Positions 37,787 to 48,744 of a stretch of DNA of 64,000 nucleotides are shown here, in pieces; positions within the stretch are counted from its first letter, which is position 1; each line of letters starts with the position of its first letter. Source of the DNA: Antedon mediterranea (Eukaryota; Animalia; Echinodermata); assembly GCF_964355755.1 (NCBI RefSeq), contig NC_092675.1, positions 15,534,912 through 15,598,911 of the forward strand, read 5' to 3'. Under the pieces are notes generated by a model. That model had not been told where the DNA came from and did no database searches. It saw nothing but the letters and a program-made list of their open reading frames with translations. The translations under genes were made by a program, and so were the position numbers.

Positions 37787-39560
37787 AACTAGTTTACGGG
37801 TCTGGAGTAGCCTACCGTATGATGTAGGCCTATTTTGGGCAACGCGTTTCAATTTTCATGTGATTCCTGGAAGAAAGGGTCCACTTTATCATAACTTGTT
37901 ATTTCGTTTTTAAACATATTCATTCCTAGTATTTTGAGACCAAAACTTTGTGACTTGGTTGCTAAATATTTTTATGGTCATTTTCTTGATCATCAGTGGT
38001 CATGATATGTCTTTTTGCACTTGTTCATTAGAGTGATATCAATATGAGTGTATTTTGATATTTAAGCAAAAACAACATTTGCTAGTTATGTAAAATGTAA
38101 GTGTGCTCCACACAAACATGTTTGTACCAGCTATAGGTTAAAGATGTATTGTCCCTTTGACTAATTCAACAAAAAAATTTTTTTTTATATTTCGAAAAAA
38201 AGTGGGTCATTTTGAAGTATCATAATAGTTAATTAACTTTCACCAAAAATTAGTCGAAAAAAAAATAATTTAACCGAAATACAGAAGTTTTTTTGTTCAA
38301 ATAACTTTGACTTCCAGTCAAAGTTTTCGATCAAAACATATCTCATAATGCAACGCGCTTGTTTGGCTACTCTGTATGCATAATCATAAAACTTCTTCGC
38401 GATCTGTGTGAAAACACCTTCCCAACCGCGACGAGTTGCAAACAATCCTAATTAGCATCATGCATAATGCATAACTAATGGTTTGAAATCTTTGTTTACT
38501 TTCGCTTGTGACGATTTTCCAGACGAAATGTAATCAAATTAATTTACCTGTTAATTACGTAAACTTGTTGTTTTTGCCTCGAATTTTCGACTTAAAGTGA
38601 ATAACTTTAATATTACTTTGATATGGCCAATTTATATTTAGAATATTTTTTTTTTCATTTTTTGTGTTTCAAGGGACAATACATCTTTAAACGTCATAAG
38701 GTGTTTTTTTAAATTGTGTGTATTTCTGTTGTATTAGAGCAAATATAAATATATATTTTGGGAGTAATTTGAGAATAAATTATAACTTTCTGACTAGTGG
38801 TTGCTTAGATATTGATATGGATATTTTCTTGACCAATGGTCAAAAATAAATTCACGATCATTTTTGACAAAAGTTGTCCATTAAAGTGAATAGAAATGTG
38901 TATCTTCTACGACCATATCCTCCCAACAATTTCTGAGATATGAAAAGTGTGCTCCAAGCCAAACATTTTTTTACCGGCTATATGTCAAAGGTCAAAATTA
39001 TCGTTTTATTGGCAGTTTTATGATTTTTATTACATTAGAGGAAAGTATAAACATATACTTTCCGAGTAATTTGAGACCACAATTATCACTTTCTGACCCA
39101 TGGTTGCTGAGATATTCATATGGCTAATTTATTGACCAGTGGTCAGAAAAGGGGTTTCCGTCCACTTTTGGCAAAAGTTTCCCATTTTGAGTGAATAGAA
39201 ATATAGGTGTTCTGAGTAGTTTGGTACAAAAAATTTTCCAATACAGCCAGTAGTTAACTTTGACGATATTGACCTTTTGGCCCCTGTACTGACCAAGCAT
39301 CCCAATTTTTTTTCGGCCAACAGCAAAAAAATTGATTTGTATTGATATAAGGAAGCAAACAAACATTGTATGTTGGCATAGTTAGCTAGATTTACTCATT
39401 TACTAAACTAAATTTATATGTGGCTCTGTGACCAAAGATCGTATAGCGCCACCTACTGGAGGAAAAAAATCGTCCCTCTCCCTCCCCCTCTCGACCAAAG
39501 ATCGTATAGCGTCACTTCGTGGCGCTATAGTATCTTTGCTCTCGACTAGAATAATAATAA
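37787..39560 (-). mobile_element. Helentron/HINE-like non-autonomous element with internal subrepeats
   Basis: Terminal hairpin CAAAGATCGTATAGCGTCACTTCGTGGCGCTATAGTATCTTTG, repeated GACCAAAGATCGTATAGCG, (AAT)n end; internal repeats resemble the 43.4-43.9 kb arms; boundaries approximate. Confidence 0.4.
38142..38686. mobile_element. Kolobok-type MITE
   Basis: TTAA-AGATGTATTGTCCCTT...AAGGGACAATACATCT-TTAA. Confidence 0.8.
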
Positions 39561-39628
39561 TAGTGTCATATCTGATTCAATTTAAGTTGTTAACTTGTTC
39601 TCTCTACCACCACCACCATCGATCAAGC

Positions 39629-39753
39629 ATGAGTGTTGAAAGAGCCACACAAGTGTTTGGAAACCGATTTTTATCTATTGCTAGTGCGATTTTCTATGCA
39701 TCTAGTTCTTTTTTCATAGTAATTGTCAATAAAAACATCCTTACCAATTACAA
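39629..39753 (+). CDS. SLC35D: SLC35D-family UDP-sugar transporter (fringe connection/SLC35D1-2-like), first coding exon
   Basis: MSVERATQVFGNRFLSIASAIFYASSSFFIVIVNKNILTNY(K) matches the family motif ALFY..SF.IV.VNK..LT.Y; AA/gttagt donor, phase 2. Confidence 0.88.
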
Positions 39754-39777
39754 GTTAGTTGAATTCAATTATATATA

Positions 39778-39907
39778 GGGCCTAGGCTAGGCTAGGCTAG
39801 GGCCTACCTAGGGCCTAGGCCTAGCTAGTAGGCTAGGCCTAGCTAGCTATCAATGTATCATAGCTAGCTAGTAGGCCTAGGCCTACCTACCTGTAGTAGG
39901 CTAGAGG
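39778..39907. repeat. Low-complexity TAGGCCTA/TAGCTA cluster
   Basis: About 130 bp built almost wholly of overlapping CTAG/GGCC/TAGC palindromes. Confidence 0.85.
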
Positions 39908-39983
39908 GGATCCAGTCAAGTCGCCCCATCGCAAAGTCGCCCAAAACTAAGTCGCCCCATCGCAAAGTCGCCCCAAAACAAAG

Positions 39984-41594
39984 GGATTACGGTCGAAGCG
40001 GCCGCCAACTAAAGCGGCCGCTAGTTCAATAATGGTAATCTGTATGGAACGCCGTGTGCGCTTTGATTGTCGTTGTTTTGTAATCTTTGATTGTCATTGT
40101 TTCGACAGGTTTTCTTTACCTCGGACGTAAATAACAATCTACATTATTATGTAACTTATTCTCTTTTTTTTACAGATTGAATGTGATACGCGTACGTTCT
40201 TTTAAACGAAATGGCGAATCGATGATTACTTATTTTAACTGTTCTAAATGATATGTTTAATAAAGTCTATAAAATACATTGTGGTGTTTATATTAATATA
40301 ATATAATAATAAGCCAATTATTAAGAATTATATATAAATAAACCAATCAATAAAGTATATCAAAATATATAAATATATTAATAATTAAAAATATTTGTTA
40401 TTTTATATTAATTAATTAGTAAAGTAACTAGTAGTGTTCGCAATCATAATTTAATTACAATAACATGATGACAGCAATTTATTTAATATTCTACACTATT
40501 TTATTAATTCAGATATTTAAATATTGATCAATTGAAAATGAGTTTTAAATACTAAAATAAGATGAAAGTGTCTGTTTGATACGGTAATTAATTACGCGAA
40601 TTTCTGCTAATAACTCGACTGACGGCCAGCAATAGTGCTGCTGCACATTAGGTGCGCGTCCCATGTTGCTTTATTGAAAACACAAACAATGTATTACAAT
40701 GGAATAACACTTAAATGTATAACACACCCTATTACTAATAATAAAAACCTAGATTCGATAGTACCTGTAAATGAGATATAAATATTCGGCAATACCGTAC
40801 GTAAATTATTATTGCAATACTGTATAAAGATTCGATAGTATGTAAACAAGATATAAATATTCGGCAATACCGTACGTAAATTATTAATGCAATACTGTAT
40901 AAAGATTCGATAGTACAGTGTAAACGAGATATAAATATTCGGCAATACCGTACGTAAATTATTATTGCAATACTGTATAAAATTCGATAGTTAAATGTAA
41001 ATGAGATATAAATATTCGGCAATACCGTACGTAAATTATTATTGCAATACTGTATAAAATTCGATAGTTAAATGTAAATGAGATATAAAGATTCGGCAAT
41101 ACCGTACGTAAATTATTATTGCAACACTGTATAAAATTTGATAGTTAAATGTAAATGAGATATAAATATTCGGCAATACCGTATGTAAATTATTATTGCA
41201 AGACTTTATAAAATTCGATAGTATGTAATGAGATATAAAGATTCGACAATAACGTACGTAAATTATTATTATTGCAATACTGTATAAGGATTCAATAGTA
41301 TATAAACGAGATATAAAGATTCGGCAATACCGTATACGTAAATTATTATTGCAATACTGTATAAGGATCCAATAGTATGTAAACGAGATATAAAGATTCG
41401 GCAAAATATATTTCGATAGAGGCCTATGTATTAGTTAATAGTAAATACAAATAAAATATACATTGATTTATCGGCAGGCAGGCAAACTTAAATCAACAAT
41501 CACAATCAAAGATTAAAGCGCACATGGCGTTCCATACAAATGACGATATTAAACTGGCGGCCGCTTTGGTTGGCGGCCGCTTCGACCATACTCC
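39984..41594. mobile_element. TIR element with 8-bp TSD carrying a minisatellite
   Basis: GGA(T/G)TA(C/T)GGTCGAAGCGGCCGCCAAC TIRs; TSD AAACAAAG at 39976-39983 and 41595-41602. Confidence 0.8.
40750..41405. repeat. ~75-77-bp minisatellite, about 8-9 copies
   Basis: GAGATATAAATATTCGGCAATACCGTACGTAAATTATTATTGCAATACTGTATAAA...CGATAGT repeated. Confidence 0.95.
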
Positions 41595-44500
41595 AAACAA
41601 AGTAGCCCCGGCACAGTCGCCCCATCGCAAAGTCGCCCCATCGCAAAGGGAAACTGATCACTCCGGCCGCGCTTAACTCCGGCTGCCGTATCAGTTTAGC
41701 ACGATGTTATGCACTCCGGCCGCGGGTGTGTCGAAAGCGAAGACCTCGAAAGCGAAGACCGAAGACCTCGAAAGCGAAGACCCTGCGAAATGGTAGTGTG
41801 CACAAAATCCGACCAAAATCATACAAAATCGTGATAACACCTTGAATTTACAGATTCTAAAAAAAGATTTTCGATTTTAATTGTTATGTTATCAACAATC
41901 ATGACTTTATCTATGAACAAGCTCACGCGTTTTCGCCAATGGAGTTAATATGTGATATGGTTTTACGAACAAACACATCGCGCTATTTGCAAGGCGACGG
42001 ACGCACAAGAAGGACATCGCACAGAGAATTGAATTGAATGCAAGCTTACAATTTAAAACCATAGCCAACTCAGAGAATAATTTCTTTGTAGCACACGTCG
42101 CCTACAATTTAAACCCATAGCCAATTGTTTATAAGTATAGAAATAAACTACATAAAAGTAAATTGTAATAAGTAAAGGATGGCGGTATATAGGCTTTTTT
42201 AGGCTTATTTTAGAGCCTATATAAATGTGTTTTTTATCTATAATATTTGCCTATTGTTTATTATCTAAATTTGTGAATAAATACAATAAGATATTCATTT
42301 TCCTGTATTGTTTGTATTTAAACTTTTACATTTTGCCCATTGTATACTATTGCTGTTTTACTTAATCGCCAGTTTAAAAAATGTTTTCTAATGTATTCAT
42401 AAATAGACAAATAATGTATCAGTATCGGAATATTCAGTGTGGTTGGTGAACGACGCGCAACATAAGAAAATACTCATCTATCTATTTTGCATCCCCTCAC
42501 GATCGAGAACATCATTATGATGAACGTAAAGCAGAAACGGTGTTGAACACGTCGGTCCCCACTTGTGATAACACGCAAGGTTATTTCATTACGGCGCACT
42601 TTGCGTCTATACGTTGCGTCGATCTGAAAACCAATTTCAGCTCTTAAAATACGGAACTTTATTTTATAAATCAAAAATAATACTGTATTCAAATTATGAT
42701 TTAACAAAAGGCTAATAGGCCTATGTAAAACGAACAATAGGCATCACATTCTGAAAATTGTGCTCGATTGTTAACCCGTTATATTAATAGTATATAATTC
42801 TGTTAGATTTGTTTGTGTAATGTCAATTCTATATTTAAATGGTCATTACACAACCGGTGACCTGTTTCTTCAATTTTGTTAAATTTATACGGTATTTTCT
42901 TTTGTTAATGGAGACTCATGGCAGGGATATGCAAACATTTAGAAGCGGGACGTCGACAATCTGTTGAAAATCTGGAGACTGTTTTGTCTCATCCACAAGC
43001 CATCTGAGATAGAAGGTTGGGGGTTGGGTCATTCCATACCAAATCACCCAAAAAAAATGACATTTTAAACCCTACTTTCTTCAAATTTGCTCAAATTTGG
43101 TTTTTGGGTTATTTTTAGCGCCATACGACCAACGGTTCGCGCGCTGCGTGCCGTCGTTTCTTCGCGATTTGGCGCAAAATCGACGCGGCAGGCTATATTT
43201 AAATGACCGTATCTCCGTAATGTGTGGACCGATTTTGTTGTGACCGGTATCTTTGGAAAGCTAATACTCTAGTAGCTAGATCAACTTTCGTATGCACTTT
43301 GAGGTCCAGAGAATTTGACTTCAGAAATTGGTTTAGGGTGGTCAAACAATCATATTTGGCTTGGTTACACATTTTGAAAATGTGGCGAAAGGTCAAAAGG
43401 TCAAGGTGAAAGGTCATAAGACCAAACATAAATATGTCCTTAAATCTCAGCAACCACTTGTCACAACGAGGTAATTTTGGTCTTAAATTAATCAGAAGGT
43501 ATACATTTATATTCAGTCTAATGGGACATTTTAGTAAAAAATGACCGGAAATGCCATTTATGACCTTTGACCCACAACCCAGGGCATGTATATATCTCCG
43601 TAACTACTGGTCGTAGACACTTGAATTTGGTTTTAAATTGTTCGAAATATATGTTTTGTTATTTGTTACACATTTTGAAAAATGTTACAAAAGGTCAAAG
43701 GATCAAGGTCAAGGGTTATTTGAACAACTAAAAAAGGTACTTTTATCTTGGCAACCACTGGTCGCAGCAAGTCAATTTTGGTCTCAAAATGTTCAGAAGG
43801 CATGCATTTATATTCCATCTAATGGGGCATTTTAGTCAAAAATGATAAGAAATGCCATTTCTGACCTTTGACCCACATACCAGGGCATCTTCATATCTCA
43901 TAAAGTACAGGTCGTAGAAACTTAAATTTGGTATCAAATTGTTCGAAATATACATATTTACATTCATTGTAATAGAAAATGTGGTTAAAAGATGAACAGA
44001 AATACTCTTACTAATGTCTCAAACAAAAAACATATCTACACAACTTATCCTTAGACAGTAATGTTATGCAATAACTGATACTTTAAATTGTTTTAATTTC
44101 AAGTACTAGTTATTGCTGTCCCCGAGGACATTTTGATAGAAACGTTAAGCTCAACAGTTCTTTTCAGAATCCTAGAAGTAACTTGCCATATGTATCCGAT
44201 TAAACGCCCCTGGCATTTATTGTTCAAAATGGTTTTTAGGGGGAAAGGAGGCATCTTTATTTGGGGTATAATATGGTAACATGTATAATCAAATAAATAC
44301 CACCTAGATGGGAAAAAATACTGCACAATTAATATCAAAAAGTGATAAAATTATGTCAAAAAGCTTGGTAAATTGTAGATTATGGTAGTTAATGAAATGT
44401 GTTGACGTGATACAATTATTGTGTAAATGCATGTGGCATGTTTATTCCACATGGTGTTCTATTTGAGGGAATGGTGGCGTTTATTTGAAGGAATACTCTA

Positions 44501-45294
44501 ATATTAATAATTGTATTTCGTTTCTCAACTGATAAAAGGTACTTTACATGATTCGTTTTCCTCTTTATGCTTTTTAACGAAATGTTTCTGTCTTTTAAAA
44601 TAAAAGTGATAGATTCCATTAAATGGATCTTCACCTCCAGGTGCCAGTATAATGATATAAAACAATGACACATCATTATCCTGACACGATTGCACTCATA
44701 ATGGATCTTCATTCTATCATCTATTTGTTTGTAACTACAATTTGACAACAATCTTTTGCATAGTTTTAAATGCCAATACATAGTTTCATTACTATTGTAC
44801 AATATGTCCAGCTTTCCTGAAAACACCCTTGTGTACTGTAGTACAGTGTTGTAGTATGATTTTATCATGATAAACTTCTGATGCTTTTATTGTCAATGCA
44901 TTCAGTACCTAAAACATGTCAAAGTTTCTAGTGGTATTGATAATAAATCTCCAGAAATATATATTGTTTTATTATCTACACTGGGAACAGACGTGTATAT
45001 GTATAAGTTTTGTCGTTGACATTCAAAACTATTATGCAACAGTGTTATGTAATAATGACAATGACTTGGTCTATTATTGTGGTCTCCGATACCTTTTATT
45101 ACATGATTGTACTTCCTCCAGGATAGAATGAGGTTTAATCCCGTTATTATTCTTATTATATAATATATATTTTTTTTATATAAAAACAAATCAGGCAAAG
45201 AACATTAATTCTAAACCGCCCGGTGATATACTGAAATTTAATTAATTAATTTGAAACGATAAAGATGAGGAAATCTGTGAGAATGAGAAAAAGT

Positions 45295-45366
45295 CGCCCC
45301 AACCGAGACTCGAACTCGGACCGCCTGCTTGATATGCAGATGTCCTAACCATTAGACCACTGGGGC
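45295..45366 (-). tRNA. tRNA-like gene, anticodon ATC (Asp-type), repeat-borne
   Basis: 72-nt full cloverleaf, A box TGGTCTAATGG, B box AGTTCGAGTC, TTTTT 2 nt downstream; non-canonical A32. Confidence 0.6.
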
Positions 45367-45662
45367 TTTCATGGTATTGTTCGAACTCAATTGGATAGCG
45401 ACTCTTTAACATTCTCGGCGTGGTACGGCGGAACAGCACTAGTCCTCAGTTGTACGCACGCGCACCAGAGATCAAATTGATACGACCTCATCTTACATAC
45501 AGTATTTTTATTCACGAGGCGGGATCTCCGAAGAGATACTTTTATATATATAAACAAATCAGGCAAAGAACATTAATTCTAGACCGCCCGGTGATATACT
45601 GAAATTTAATTAATTAATTTGAAACGATAAAGATGAGGAAATCTGTGAGAATGAGAAAAAGT

Positions 45663-45734
45663 CGCCCCAACCGAGACTCGAACTCGGACCGCCTGCTTGA
45701 TATGCAGATGTCCTAACCATTAGACCACTGGGGC
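45663..45734 (-). tRNA. tRNA-like gene, anticodon ATC (second tandem copy)
   Basis: Same 72-nt sequence as 45295-45366. Confidence 0.6.
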
Positions 45735-48700
45735 TTTCATGGTATTGTTCGAACTCGATTGGATAGCGACTCTTTAACATTCTCGGCGTGGTACGGCGGA
45801 ACAGCAGTAGTCCTCAGTTGTACGCACGCGCACCAGAAATCAAATTGATACGACCTCATCTTACATACAGTATTTTTATTCACGAGGCGGGATCTCCGAA
45901 GAGATACTTTTATATATATAAACAAATCAGGCAAAGAACATTAATTCTAAACCGCCCGGTGATATACTGAAATTTAATTAATTAATTTGAATTTATATAT
46001 ATATATCTGGGGTGTATTTATTTTGATTATACATGTTACCATTATTACACCCAACAAAATAAACGCCTTCCCTGAATAAATAAATGCCCGAGGCTTTTAT
46101 ACGGGTAACTACAGTAAATTACTTCTAGCATTCTCAAAATGTTCGGGGGTAAACAATAATTTCTAGCATTATTATAAGCAAAAGTAGGCCTACAATTATT
46201 ACAAACAGTAAAGGATTTGTTTTAATTCCTACAGTATAATGAAATCATTAGGCATCAATTATTGCATAACATTACTGTCTAATGATAAGTTGGGTAGATA
46301 TGTTTTTCATTTAAAAGATTAGTAATTAATAGTATTTATGATCATCTTTTATCCAAATTTTCTGTTAGAATGAATGTAAATATGTGTATTTCTAACAATT
46401 TGATACTAAATTTAAGTTTCTACGACCTGTACTTACAGAGATAAGAAGATGCCCTGGTATGTATGTCAAAGGTCAGAAATGTCATTTCCGGTCATTTTTT
46501 ACTAAAATGTTTCATTAGACTGAATATGAATGTATAGCTTCTAAACATTTTGAGACCAAAATTTACTCGCTGTGACCAGTGGTTGCCGAGATACAAATAC
46601 CTATTTGTGTTTATTCATATAACCCCTGGCCTTGACCTTTTGACCTTTTGTAACATTGTTCAAAATGTGTAACAAATAACTAAATGTATATTTCGAACAA
46701 TTTGAGCCCAAATTCAAGTCTCTACGGCCAATAGTTACGGAGATACAGACATGCCCTGGTTTATGGGTCAAAGGTCAGAAATGGCATTTCCGGTCATTTT
46801 CGACTAAAATGTTTCATTAGACTGAATATGAATGTATACCTTCTGATCAATTTGAGACCAAAATTACCTCGCTGTGACCAGTGGTTGTCGAGATTTAAGG
46901 ACATAATGGTGTTTGATCTTATAACCTTTGACCCTGACCTTTTGACCTTTCGCCACATTTTCAAAATGTGTAACTAAGCCAAAAATGATTGTTTGACCAC
47001 CCTAAACCAATTTCTGAAGTCGAATTCTCTGGACCTCAAAGTGCATACGAAAGTTGATCTAGCTACTAGAGTATAATTGTTAAAGCTATCCAAATCTTCT
47101 ATTTACTTTTGAGATAGAACTATTTAAAAGATGTATAACTTATTCTATTCCATTTGACCTAGGATTTGACCTTGTGGGACAAATTTTTTTTAGATGAAAT
47201 TTTGTGAAAATTATCTCCTACATGATATTTACATAATAAATATAAAAAAATTGGAGATATATTAATTTTTGTTTGCTTTCTAGCTCATTTCAAAGTTGGC
47301 TTACTTCAACAATTCTGGTATTTCTATACAGTGTAGATGTATTGTCGACATTATATCACTACCAAATTTACCTCTTAATACTAATCTGTAGCAAGAAGGT
47401 TGTTTTGTATAGCTTTTTGCTATGCTACACTGGCGAAACTATTCCCTGAGTTGGCTATGGTTTTAAATTGTAAGCATTGCATTCAATTCAATTCTCTGTG
47501 CGATGTCCTCCTTGTGCGTCCGTCGCCTTGCAAATAGCTAGATGTGTTTGTTCGTAAAACCATATCACATATTAACTCCATTGGCGAAAACACGTAAGCT
47601 TGTTCATAGATAAAGTCATGTTTTTAACGATTAAAATAGAAATATTTTGTTAGAATCTGTAAATCCAAGGTGTTTTTTGTCGGATTTTGTGTACACTACC
47701 ATTTCGTAGGGTCTTCGCTTTCGACACACCCCTCTGGCCGCTATTTAATTCGACTTCCTGTGCAAAGGGGCCGTTAGTATGGAGCGCCCATATCTATCTA
47801 GAAGAAGAAGGAGAAGACGTTTTCTATACTGTTCAGTGTAACAAATTCTTGGTGACCAAAGGCAAAAGAATTAAAATAAAAAAGAATTTAAATGGAACTA
47901 GTTGAATATTTATTAGCAACAATTTTACTTTTTTCATTAACAATAACATTCCAAAAAGTTGGAACTGCTTTTTCTTTCATACTAAACTTAACTTACCGTA
48001 ACTTTTTCCTTTCAAATAATCAAATACCCGTCTAATTAATGCTTGAATAACAATATTTAATTTAATTAAAACACAGGATTTTTTTTCGCAATATTGGGAT
48101 AGACAGGATTTTTTTAAACAATTGCGGGATTTTGTACGCAATATCGGGATCGTGTTTGTAGACTATGGGATTTTGTAGGCAACATCGGGATTTTGTACGC
48201 AAGATCGGGATTGGCAGGATTTTGTTTATGAAATTACGGGATTTTGTACGCAAGATCGAGATTGACAGGATTGTGTTTGTAGACTACAGGATTTTGTTTG
48301 TAAAAGTAAAGGATTTTGTACGCAACAATGCGATTGTCGGGATTTTGTTTGTAAAAGTACGGGATTTTTTACGCAAGATTGGGATTTTGTAGGCCTACGC
48401 AATGTTGCGTGTTATTTTGTGTATCATTGCGACATTTTTAACTATTTTAACGTTTTGGGGCGACTTTGCGATTAGTCGACTTTGTGTTGGGGCGACTTTG
48501 CGATGGGGCAACTTTGCATTGGGGCGACTTTGCATTGGGGCGACTTTGCGATGGGTTGACTTTGCGATGGGGCGACTTTGCGATGGGGCGACTTGACTAG
48601 CATCCGGCTAGAGGAGGCCAGGCTACGTAAAAGGGTGCTGGTCAACCCATGGGCATACCCATGCCAAACCAACCTGCAAACTCGTACCTAATTATTTGGC

Positions 48701-48744
48701 TTACTTGTACCTCCTAAGTATTTGGCTCACTGTTAAGTCTTATG

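Larger units (their letters stand above)
45180..45992 (-). repeat. Tandem array (368-bp period, two full units plus a partial) of the tRNA-containing repeat
   Basis: Near-identical units offset by 368 bp (ORF track 45420 vs 45788), separated by short (TA)n. Confidence 0.92.
43265..47073. repeat. Large foldback: ~1-kb inverted arms (about 43265-44310 and 46005-47073)
   Basis: TACTCTAGTAGCTAGATCAACTTTCGTATGCACTTTGAGGTCCAGAG... is reverse-complemented at 47025-47073; similarity continues inward. Confidence 0.8.
41724..47731. mobile_element. MULE-type element with long TIRs
   Basis: GGGTGTGTCGAAAGCGAAGACC.../...GGTCTTCGCTTTCGACACACCC; arms of about 300 bp; 10-bp TSD CTCCGGCCGC/CTCTGGCCGC. Confidence 0.8.
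39908..48605. mobile_element. MULE-type element (outer layer of an 8.7-kb nest)
   Basis: GGATCCAGTCAAGTCGCCCCATCGCAAAGTCGCCC / inverted at 48460-48605; exact 9-bp TSD GGCTAGAGG at 39899-39907 and 48606-48614. Confidence 0.85.

Noticed and set aside
40694-41404. Repetitive ORFs (40694-40945, 40735-41022, 41039-41404), likewise those at 29379, 30209, 20439 and 48402
   Set aside because: They are translations of tandem repeats or TIRs with no protein-family motifs
45430-45460. CTGAGGA (CUGANGA hammerhead core) on the minus strand of the 368-bp unit
   Set aside because: I could not find a stem II followed by GAAA or a stem III/cleavage triplet at a suitable distance; an Infernal search would be needed to exclude it fully
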